Assembly (NCBI GenBank): GCA_963716175.1
Contig: OY970296.1
Coordinates: 3,264,001-3,328,000, forward strand
Source of the DNA: an uncultured Armatimonadetes bacterium
GTDB lineage: Bacteria > Armatimonadota > Hebobacteria > Hebobacterales > Hebobacteraceae
Length of the DNA: 64,000 bases
Direction: 5' to 3'
The position numbers were made by a program, and so were the translations under genes. Below the pieces are notes generated by a model that saw only the letters and a list, made by a program, of their open reading frames with translations, had not been told where the DNA came from and made no database searches. Positions 57,386-64,000 of the stretch are shown in pieces (within the stretch, counting starts at the first letter, position 1; each line of letters starts with the position of its first letter).

Positions 57386-57622
57386 ATGCCGGACGTGCTG
57401 ATCCGCGATCTGCCCAAGAAGACCCTGGAAGCGCTGAAACAGAGAGCCGCCCGACACGGCCGCTCGCTTCAGCAGGAGCTGAAGGTGACGCTCGTGCGCC
57501 TGGGGGAAGAGCCAGACTTCGACTACGTCGAGCACGTGAGGATGCTTCGCGAGCGGATCGAGAGTTACGCGCCCCAGCAGAGTGACTCAACGCTCTTGAT
57601 CCGTGAGGATCGGGGGCGGTGA
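57386..57622 (+). CDS. FitA/VapB-like ribbon-helix-helix antitoxin
   Basis: VLIRDL..LKQRAARHGRSLQQEL..S..LIREDR. Confidence 0.88.
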   Translation: MPDVLIRDLPKKTLEALKQRAARHGRSLQQELKVTLVRLGEEPDFDYVEHVRMLRERIESYAPQQSDSTLLIREDRGR

Positions 57623-58056
57623 CGCGCTATGTGGTGGACGCCAGCGTGGCGGCCAAGTGGTACTTCCCGGAGGAATCTAGCAGCCTTGCTCTCGCGCTGT
57701 TGCTCGAAGCGAAGCAGAAGCGCGTCCTACTCAGCGCCCCCGATCTGGTGATCTACGAACTCGGCAGTGTAGTGTTGAAGAAGCTGCGGGCTGGCCTTGT
57801 CACGAGGCAGGACGCCGATCTTCTTCTGGCGCGCTTCCCGCGAAGCCCGTTGGCCCTAACGCCGGCCTCCGATATCGCAGAGGTCACGCTGGCCGTGGCG
57901 GAGATCGCTGGGATCAGCTTCTACGACGCCGCCTATCTCGCCACCGCGCAGCGCGCCGGCTGCTCCCTGGTTAGCGCAGACCAAGGGTTGATTGCACAGG
58001 TGCGCGACACGCCCTTCCGTGACTCGGTGCTGGCCTTGACTGCCGTGTCCCTCTAG
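57619..58056 (+). CDS. vapC: PIN-domain toxin (VapC/FitB)
   Basis: YVVDASVAAKW, APDL..YE, SFYDAAYLA, LVSAD; GTGA overlap with antitoxin. Confidence 0.9.
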   Translation: MTRYVVDASVAAKWYFPEESSSLALALLLEAKQKRVLLSAPDLVIYELGSVVLKKLRAGLVTRQDADLLLARFPRSPLALTPASDIAEVTLAVAEIAGISFYDAAYLATAQRAGCSLVSADQGLIAQVRDTPFRDSVLALTAVSL

Positions 58057-58063
58057 AACTGCC

Positions 58064-58459
58064 ATGCTCACCTCCATCGGCCTAGATATCATCGAAGTTG
58101 ACCGCATGCGCCAGGCCCTGCGGCGCCGGCCCTGGCTGGCGGCGCGGCTGTTCACGGACCGCGAACGCGCTTACTGCGACCGGCGAGCCGACCCCGCGCC
58201 TCACTATGCCGCCCGCTTCGCCGCCAAAGAAGCCACCGCCAAGGCACTGGGCCGGTGGCTCCGCTGGCAGGAGGTGGAGGTGACCCACGGCGCCGAGGGC
58301 CGGCCTCTGCTGAAGCTCACTGGGGAGGCGGCCGCGCTCGCCCAGGTCGCCGAGGGGGCTCGCCTGTTGGTCTCTCTCTCCCACAGCCGGGATTACGCCG
58401 TGGCCTGGGTGGGCCTGGTGGCTGGGCCCATGGGGCCGCCATGGCGGGCAGAGCCCTAA
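58064..58459 (+). CDS. acpS: Holo-ACP synthase
   Basis: IGLDII, FTDRE, ARFAAKEA..KALG, VSLSHS. Confidence 0.92.
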   Translation: MLTSIGLDIIEVDRMRQALRRRPWLAARLFTDRERAYCDRRADPAPHYAARFAAKEATAKALGRWLRWQEVEVTHGAEGRPLLKLTGEAAALAQVAEGARLLVSLSHSRDYAVAWVGLVAGPMGPPWRAEP

Positions 58460-58461
58460 TG

Positions 58462-58554
58462 GCGTTCGCACAAAGAAGTAATGTGCGAACGCCGCCCTGG
58501 GCCCGTGTGAGCAGTTGCCTGAGCTTCGCCCGCTTACTTCTTTGAGCGAAGCTC
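58462..58554. repeat. Two related hairpins in inverted orientation
   Basis: GCGTTCGCACA-AAGAAGTAA-TGTGCGAACGC; TTCGCACAAAGAAGTAA recurs inverted as TTACTTCTTTGAGCGAA. Confidence 0.65.
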
Positions 58555-58556
58555 AC

Positions 58557-58603
58557 TAGAGCGCATTCCGCAGCCTCCCCTGGGAGGGTTATGAAGCAGC
58601 TTC
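58557..58603 (+). mobile_element. Internally deleted copy of the 130-bp MITE-like element
   Basis: Left end TAGAGCGCATT joined to right end CCTCCCCTGGGAGGGTTATGAAGCAGCTTC. Confidence 0.65.
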
Positions 58604-58668
58604 CGGCCATTTTCCCCCCAGGAGAGCGAGGGCTTGGTGCAGAAACCCCTTCTGCCGGGAGTGTGGGC

Positions 58669-60234
58669 GTGAAGATCGTCACCGCTGGGCAGATGCGGGA
58701 GATAGACCGCAGGGCCATCGAGGAGCGGGGCATCGCCAGCCTCGTCCTGATGGAAGGTGCCGGCCGCGCCGTGGCCGAGTCCGCCTATCGCCTCACCGAG
58801 GGCTGTCCCGACCGACCTATCCTGGTTCTCTGCGGGCGGGGCAACAATGGCGGAGACGGCTTCGTCGCCGCGCGCCATCTCATCGCGCTGGGGCGCACCG
58901 TGCAGGTGTTTGTGGCCGCGCCTCGGGGTGAGATCACCGGCGACGCCGAAGCCAATCTCCAGCGGCTGGAAGTCCTGGGTCTCTCCTGCCTCTACCTGAC
59001 AGAGGCCGAGCCGGCCCTGGCCGCGCTGCCTCGCTGCGGGCTGGTCGTGGACGCGCTGCTAGGCACCGGGCTCTCGGGGAAGGTGCGCGGGCTGGCTGGC
59101 AAGCTGATCGAGGGCCTCAACGAGTCCGGGCAACCCGTGCTGGCCGTGGACATTCCCTCGGGCCTGGACGCGGACACTGGCGAGCCACTTGGGGTGGCCG
59201 TGCGTGCCCAGGAGACGGTCACCATGGGCTTGCCCAAGCTCGGGCTCTTCCTGCACCCCGGTGTGGACTACGCCGGTCGGGTGACGGCGGCCGACATCGG
59301 CTTTCCTGCTGACCTGATCGCCGACTCCCAGGCGGTGGCCGATCTGACCGCGCCGGAATGGGTGCGGATGCTGCTGCCCCAGCGCCCGCGCAGCGCCCAC
59401 AAGGGTGAGTTCGGCCGAGTGCTGGTCATCGCGGGTTCAGTGGGCATGACAGGAGCGGCCTCCCTGTGCGCCGAGGCCGCCCTGCGCGTGGGCGCGGGTC
59501 TGGTCACCGTGGGGTGTCCGGCCAGCCTGAACGACATCCTCGAGGTCAAGCTCACCGAGGCCTTGACTCTCCCGCTCCCCGAGACCTATCAGCGCAGCCT
59601 GGACACCCGCGCCCTGGCCCCCATCCTGGAGCACGCCGAAGCGGCGAGCGTGCTCGCCATCGGTCCCGGGCTCTCCCGCCAGCCCGAGACGTCGGTGCTG
59701 GTGCGCCGCCTGGTGGCGCGGGTGGACAAGCCTATGGTGGTTGATGCCGATGGCCTGAACGCCCTGGCCGACGCGGCGGTGCTGCTGGAGGGCGAGCATG
59801 CTCCTGCCGTGCTCACCCCGCATCCCGGCGAAATGGGCCGGCTGATGGGCGTCTCCACGGAGAGAGTCCAGGCCCGCCGCGCACATTTTGCCGAGGCGGC
59901 AGCAAATCGTTTCCATTCTGTGATAATACTAAAGGGAGCTTGCAGCCTCGTGGCGGAAGCCGGGCGTCCTCTGACCGTGAACCCCACCGGCAACCCCGGC
60001 CTGGCGAGTGGCGGCACCGGCGATGTGCTCACCGGGATGGTGGCCGGGTTGATCGCCCAGGGGCTGCTGCCCTTCGAGGCCGGCGCCGCTGCCGCCTACC
60101 TGCATGGGCTGGCCGGAGACCTGGCGGCCCGGAAGCTGGGAGAGGCCAGTCTGGTGGCCGGGGATGTGCTGGCTGCAGTCCCTCAGGCAATCTGTCGCAC
60201 CATGGCGGGAGTAGAGGAGAATGACCACACCTGA
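58669..60234 (+). CDS. nnr: Bifunctional NAD(P)H-hydrate epimerase/dehydratase
   Basis: QMREID, GRGNNGGDG, VDALLGTG, AVDIPSG, HKGEFG, GPGL, DADGL, TPHPGE, GGTGDVL. Confidence 0.94.
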   Translation: MKIVTAGQMREIDRRAIEERGIASLVLMEGAGRAVAESAYRLTEGCPDRPILVLCGRGNNGGDGFVAARHLIALGRTVQVFVAAPRGEITGDAEANLQRLEVLGLSCLYLTEAEPALAALPRCGLVVDALLGTGLSGKVRGLAGKLIEGLNESGQPVLAVDIPSGLDADTGEPLGVAVRAQETVTMGLPKLGLFLHPGVDYAGRVTAADIGFPADLIADSQAVADLTAPEWVRMLLPQRPRSAHKGEFGRVLVIAGSVGMTGAASLCAEAALRVGAGLVTVGCPASLNDILEVKLTEALTLPLPETYQRSLDTRALAPILEHAEAASVLAIGPGLSRQPETSVLVRRLVARVDKPMVVDADGLNALADAAVLLEGEHAPAVLTPHPGEMGRLMGVSTERVQARRAHFAEAAANRFHSVIILKGACSLVAEAGRPLTVNPTGNPGLASGGTGDVLTGMVAGLIAQGLLPFEAGAAAAYLHGLAGDLAARKLGEASLVAGDVLAAVPQAICRTMAGVEENDHT

Positions 60235-60258
60235 GTTTCCGCGCCGGGGCTGGGCGCG

Positions 60259-60843
60259 ATGAGCGAGGCCACCTCCTCGGGCCTTGCTCAGGCCACCCTA
60301 TCTGCCATGCTGCTGGTGGCCGTGCTGATGCTCTATCTCCGCCGGTTTGCGCGCTCGCGGCGGTGGGTGGCGGTGGCGCTGGGGGTCTGCGTGTTGGATC
60401 AGGCCGCCAAGGCCTTGCTTCCGGTAACTCTGCGCTATGGCCGGTTCGCCCTGCTTGGCGGCTACCTCCGGCTCTCCTACCTGGAGAACCGGGACCAGGG
60501 CTTTGGTGGCAGTTTCTCCTATCTCCTGCTGGTCACCGCGGTCTGCGTGCTCGCTCTGAGCCTCCTCTACGGACGCCTCTCCAGGACCGGATACCGGATG
60601 TCGGCCCTGGCCGAACTGGGGTGTGCGCTCATGATCGGAGGTTATCTCGGCATCCTGCTGGATCGCATCCGCCTGGGCTTCGTCGTGGATTTCCTCGAGT
60701 TCGGCCGGGCGAGCCAATTTGTGTATAATCTGGCCGACCTGGCCGTGCTGCTGGCGGTTGCGCTGCTCGCCTGCCGTGCGGTACAATTCGCGTCGGAGCT
60801 GAGGCAGAGACGCATCAGCCTCCAGGACAGGATGCTGAGATGA
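60259..60843 (+). CDS. Divergent signal peptidase II (LspA-like)
   Basis: LDQAAK, DR..GFVVDF, YNLAD; atypical NRDQGF and GGYLGILLDR. Confidence 0.75.
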   Translation: MSEATSSGLAQATLSAMLLVAVLMLYLRRFARSRRWVAVALGVCVLDQAAKALLPVTLRYGRFALLGGYLRLSYLENRDQGFGGSFSYLLLVTAVCVLALSLLYGRLSRTGYRMSALAELGCALMIGGYLGILLDRIRLGFVVDFLEFGRASQFVYNLADLAVLLAVALLACRAVQFASELRQRRISLQDRMLR

Positions 60844-61268
60844 TCGGAGACCCTACCGAGCTCGGGCGGCGGGTCGCCCGTCGTTTCGCCGCAAGGGGAG
60901 TGCGGCCTTCGGTGCGAGAGGTGGCTGCTCAGATGGGGGTCCACATCCAGGAGCGCCCGGCCCCACCGCCGGCCCAGCCAGAGCTGCGCAGCGAGTACCA
61001 GCCCAGTCCCCCCTGCATCATCTTATACCGGGATCCCATTGATGTGCTGGCCGGGGCCATCCACGCCAACCAGCGCTTCGACATGCTGGCCTGCAATCTC
61101 GACGAGGTGCACATCGCGCACGAGTTGTTCCACCATCTGGAGTGCGGCCAGCGGTTCGGCCCGCTGCGTCGGGAGGAGGTGGAGGCCGCCGCCCAGGGCT
61201 TCGCCCAGCAGCTGCTCGACCTCTGCTTTCACCCCGACGAGTTGTCTGACCTAACCTCTCGCCCCTGA
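60840..61268 (+). CDS. HExxH protein (ImmA/IrrE-like metallopeptidase fold)
   Basis: IAHELFHHLE..E.AA..FA; ATGA overlap with lspA-like gene. Confidence 0.65.
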   Translation: MIGDPTELGRRVARRFAARGVRPSVREVAAQMGVHIQERPAPPPAQPELRSEYQPSPPCIILYRDPIDVLAGAIHANQRFDMLACNLDEVHIAHELFHHLECGQRFGPLRREEVEAAAQGFAQQLLDLCFHPDELSDLTSRP

Positions 61269-61293
61269 CCGGCTTCGCGGGCGCCGCGCCGGG

Positions 61294-61668
61294 CTACCCG
61301 GCCTCGGATTCCCCGGCCTGCTTGACGAAGTTCAGCCGCAGGTCGGTGAGCAAGTTCTGGTAGTCGCGCGCTTCCTGGCCCGCGAGCTGGGGGAGCAGCT
61401 TCTCGACCAGATAGGCGGTGCTGTCGATCGCCAGCCGCGCCTGCTCGATGTCCTTGCGCACCGCGCCGGTGAAGGGATCGGCCTGCAGGCCCAGCATCTG
61501 CCAGGCCGCGCTGGAGAGCTGAGCGATGGCCGCCCGCAACACCATGTAGATGTCCAGGGGGCGCAGCGCTTCTTCGGCCTGCTCTCCGGGGGGCGGGGCC
61601 TGCTGCGGCTGCTGCGGGCCCGCGGTAGGCTGCTCGCCCTCGCTCTTCGCCTCTTCAGATGATGACAT
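61294..61668 (-). CDS. DUF1844 domain protein
   Basis: AWQMLG..DP.TG...KD.EQARLAID..LRLNFV. Confidence 0.82.
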   Translation of the reverse strand: MSSSEEAKSEGEQPTAGPQQPQQAPPPGEQAEEALRPLDIYMVLRAAIAQLSSAAWQMLGLQADPFTGAVRKDIEQARLAIDSTAYLVEKLLPQLAGQEARDYQNLLTDLRLNFVKQAGESEAG

Positions 61669-61689
61669 CGCCTTCACCTCCCATAGCTG

Positions 61690-62865
61690 TCAGAAGATGA
61701 TCTTGTCTCTTCGCATGTGCACGTTCTGGAGCAGCCCGAAGGCGAGGAAGCTGACCAGCAGGTTACTCCCTCCGTAGCTGACAAAGGGCAGCGGGATGCC
61801 GGTGATCGGCACGATGTTGATGCTCATCCCGATGTTCACGATGGTGTGGAAGATCAGCAGCGAGACCGCGCCCCCTGCCAGCAGCGAGCCCACGGAATCT
61901 CGTGCCCGCAGCGCAATCCTCAGCCCGCGCCAGAACAGGAGAAGGTACAGCAGGAGCATGGCCAAGGCTCCCACCAGCCCCAGCTCCTCGCCCACGACCG
62001 AGAAGATGAAATCGGTGTGCCGCTCCGGGACGAAGCGGAGCCGGCTCTGAGTGCCGCGGAACAGACCCCGGCCCAGGAGCTCGCCGGAGCCGATGGCCAG
62101 ACGAGACTGGATGACGTGGTAGCCGGCCCCAAGTGGGTCCGACTGAGGCGACAGGAAGATGGTGAGGCGTCGCTTCTGATAGTCTCTCAGCCCCACGTGG
62201 GCAAGAGCCTTTGCCACCGGAGCCGGGCGCACCCGATCCAGGGGAAGGCGGTCCAGATTCCACATCAGGCCGAACAGCGCCAGCCCGCACGCAAACACCG
62301 CGCCCAGATGCCGCCCCTTCGCCCCCGCCAGGTAGAGCACGCTGAACCAGATGGTGATCAGCGCCAGCGCGGTGCCGAGGTCCGGCTGCAGCAGCACCAG
62401 CAGCACCGGCCCGCCCGCCAGCACCAGAGAGTATAGCACCAGGGGGAGCTCGCGCACGGCGTGGATGCGCCGGCCCAGCACGCCGGCGAGGGAGAGGATC
62501 AGCGCCACTTTGGCCAGCTCCGAGGGCTGCAGGTGGAAGCTGCCCAGGGCGAGCCACCGCGCCGCCCCAGTGGGAGCGTGGCCCATCGCTAGCACCCCCG
62601 CCAGCAGCGCCATCACGGCGCCGTAGAAAGGCAGATGCCAGCGCGCCAGCGCTTCGTATTCCCAGAGCAGCGTGATCGCGAACGCGCCCACCCCCACCAG
62701 CATCCAGATGATCTGTCTCTGCACGAACTGGCTCGGCGGCCCCAGCCCCGGCATCTCCGGTGCCCGCGTCGCCGAGTAGATCATCACCAGGCCGTAGAGG
62801 CAGAGCGCGATCACCGCCGCGAAGAGAGACCAGTCAACTCGTTTCAGCAGACGGAGGTCGAACAC
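61690..62865 (-). CDS. rodA: Rod shape-determining SEDS glycosyltransferase RodA
   Basis: GAARW, QPSELAK, QPDLGT, GYHVIQS..AIGSG, PERHTDFIF, GIPLPFVSYGGS. Confidence 0.93.
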   Translation of the reverse strand: MFDLRLLKRVDWSLFAAVIALCLYGLVMIYSATRAPEMPGLGPPSQFVQRQIIWMLVGVGAFAITLLWEYEALARWHLPFYGAVMALLAGVLAMGHAPTGAARWLALGSFHLQPSELAKVALILSLAGVLGRRIHAVRELPLVLYSLVLAGGPVLLVLLQPDLGTALALITIWFSVLYLAGAKGRHLGAVFACGLALFGLMWNLDRLPLDRVRPAPVAKALAHVGLRDYQKRRLTIFLSPQSDPLGAGYHVIQSRLAIGSGELLGRGLFRGTQSRLRFVPERHTDFIFSVVGEELGLVGALAMLLLYLLLFWRGLRIALRARDSVGSLLAGGAVSLLIFHTIVNIGMSINIVPITGIPLPFVSYGGSNLLVSFLAFGLLQNVHMRRDKIIF

Positions 62866-62891
62866 AGCCGGCCACCCTCAGACCGGCGGAG

Positions 62892-62900
62892 ATTATAGCA
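62892..62900 (-). promoter_or_regulatory. Extended -10 promoter of rodA
   Basis: TGCTATAAT 26 nt upstream of GTG start. Confidence 0.55.
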
Positions 62901-62911
62901 CGCGGGGGAGG

Positions 62912-63517
62912 TCAGCGATTGTGAACGGAGCGTGCCAGCGAGGACGCGATCTCCGCGGCTACCTTCTCGTACTGTGTGATCAGCTTCTCGGTGAACCGCC
63001 CCGGTGTGCGGCTGTTCAACTGCAGCAGGCCCAGCGTGTGCTCTCCTGTCCGTAGCGGGATCAGCGTTACGGACTCATAGCCCACGGCGTTGCAGCAACC
63101 CCGGATGACGATCCCTCGCGCCCCGGGGGGGTCGTCTCGCAGCATGGCCGTGGTCCCGTTCGTCCAGAAGCTGCCAGCTTTGGTGAAGCAAGGCACTGAC
63201 GGGTCGGTCCGTCCCTGGATCACTGCTCCGCAGAGGCAGGCGAGCTGAGGCCTCCCATCTGCGCCTCGCAGCACTCGCCCCGCGATGTCCCGCTCGCAGA
63301 GCGGGCCCTCCATCACCACGAAGTCTCGCCCGAAACCTCGCGTCAGGTAATAGGGGTAGTCCTCCTCGGCCTTCCATCGGATGCCAACGGACTCACATCC
63401 CGATTGCTCGCTGATCAGGTTCAGCGCCTCCTCGAGGATGCCTCTCTGGTCCCGCCCTTCTGCCAGCCGCTCCACGATCGCTCGCACCTGCGCGACCAGC
63501 CCGGCCTTGCTTCTCAT
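62912..63517 (-). CDS. Stand-alone Cys-rich GAF domain protein
   Basis: VGIRW..DYPYY..GF, CLCG, GSFWTN, GYESVTLIPLR, GLLQLN..F. Confidence 0.78.
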   Translation of the reverse strand: MRSKAGLVAQVRAIVERLAEGRDQRGILEEALNLISEQSGCESVGIRWKAEEDYPYYLTRGFGRDFVVMEGPLCERDIAGRVLRGADGRPQLACLCGAVIQGRTDPSVPCFTKAGSFWTNGTTAMLRDDPPGARGIVIRGCCNAVGYESVTLIPLRTGEHTLGLLQLNSRTPGRFTEKLITQYEKVAAEIASSLARSVHNR

Positions 63518-63576
63518 GTCATATCTCCTGGCGCCCTGCCCGCTCTCGAGTCAGGCCTCGCGGGCCCTGCCGGTCG

Positions 63577-64000
63577 TCACTTTCCGCTCTTCCCCGACAA
63601 CTGGTCCAGGATAGTGATGACATCCTCGCTGTCATAGAACGAATCGGCGGCGTTGGGCTTCTTCTCGAGCGTCACCTTCTTACCACTGGGGAGGGTGAAC
63701 TCGGTCTTGCCATTGATGAAGATCACGGCGCAGGTGTAGCCCCGCCGCTGCATCTCGGTGTCGCAATCCGATCGCCCCATGGGCATGAGGGTGACATGGA
63801 TGCGATCGGGGTGAGCCTTGTCGTATTGGCGCAGCAGGCCGATGGTCCTCTGGTGCCACTCCAGCGTGAGCGGCGCATAGAGCTCAACCTTGATCGGCGC
63901 TGACTCCTGCCCGAAGGTGACGATCCGGTTGGAGCCCTCGGCAATCGCGCGCTGAGCCTCCGCAGGTCGTCTTGGCTTGGGCCGCAGGAGGATGAACCCC
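63577..64000 (-). CDS. Thioredoxin/DsbA-like fold protein lacking CxxC, truncated by window edge
   Basis: Frame open from edge: ..TFGQESAPIKVELYAPLTLEWH..IFINGK. Confidence 0.5.
   Translation of the reverse strand, partial: GFILLRPKPRRPAEAQRAIAEGSNRIVTFGQESAPIKVELYAPLTLEWHQRTIGLLRQYDKAHPDRIHVTLMPMGRSDCDTEMQRRGYTCAVIFINGKTEFTLPSGKKVTLEKKPNAADSFYDSEDVITILDQLSGKSGK

Noticed and set aside
58591-58668. N-terminal extension of Nnr in the ORF track
   Set aside because: That ATG lies in the MITE remnant; family similarity starts at GTG 58669

Overview
GC-rich bacterial chromosome segment; the gene mix (outer-membrane secretin PilQ together with a SigB/SigF-type sigma factor, a PASTA kinase and the recG-rsmD-coaD order) suggests a diderm Terrabacteria lineage such as Armatimonadota (inference). 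Positions ~2-19.6 kb hold a minus-strand type IV pilus locus (membrane protein, mglA, DUF4388, pilMNO, pilP-like, pilQ, pilB, pilT, pilC, sigma factor, pilin, pilin/PilX chimera, HD-GYP, second pilT). It carries an unusual candidate c-di-GMP circuit: a SigB/F-type sigma factor fused to a degenerate GGDEF domain that keeps the RxxD I-site, a membrane GAF-HD-GYP phosphodiesterase, a PilT with an N-terminal MshEN/T2SSE_N domain, and an MglA GTPase with no adjacent MglB. The rest is mostly housekeeping (pknB, SurA-like, coaD, rsmD, recG, relA, recJ, secDF, eno, ftsB-like, pyk, prmA, acpS, nnr, rodA), plus a divergent serpin/trypsin-like protease pair, two paralogous 8-Cys microproteins, an orphan GlmL-like operon and a FitAB-like toxin-antitoxin pair. 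Non-coding features include a GTAG-type REP family (some copies in-frame inside recG and recJ), a 130-bp MITE-like element whose two inverted copies bracket pyk-ftsB, and a candidate structured RNA between secD and eno. Five apparent frameshifts (4Fe-4S gene, coaD, TPR gene, recJ x2) are probably sequencing errors. No rRNA, tRNA, CRISPR array or transposase was recognised. All family assignments are by motif recognition only; no searches were run.
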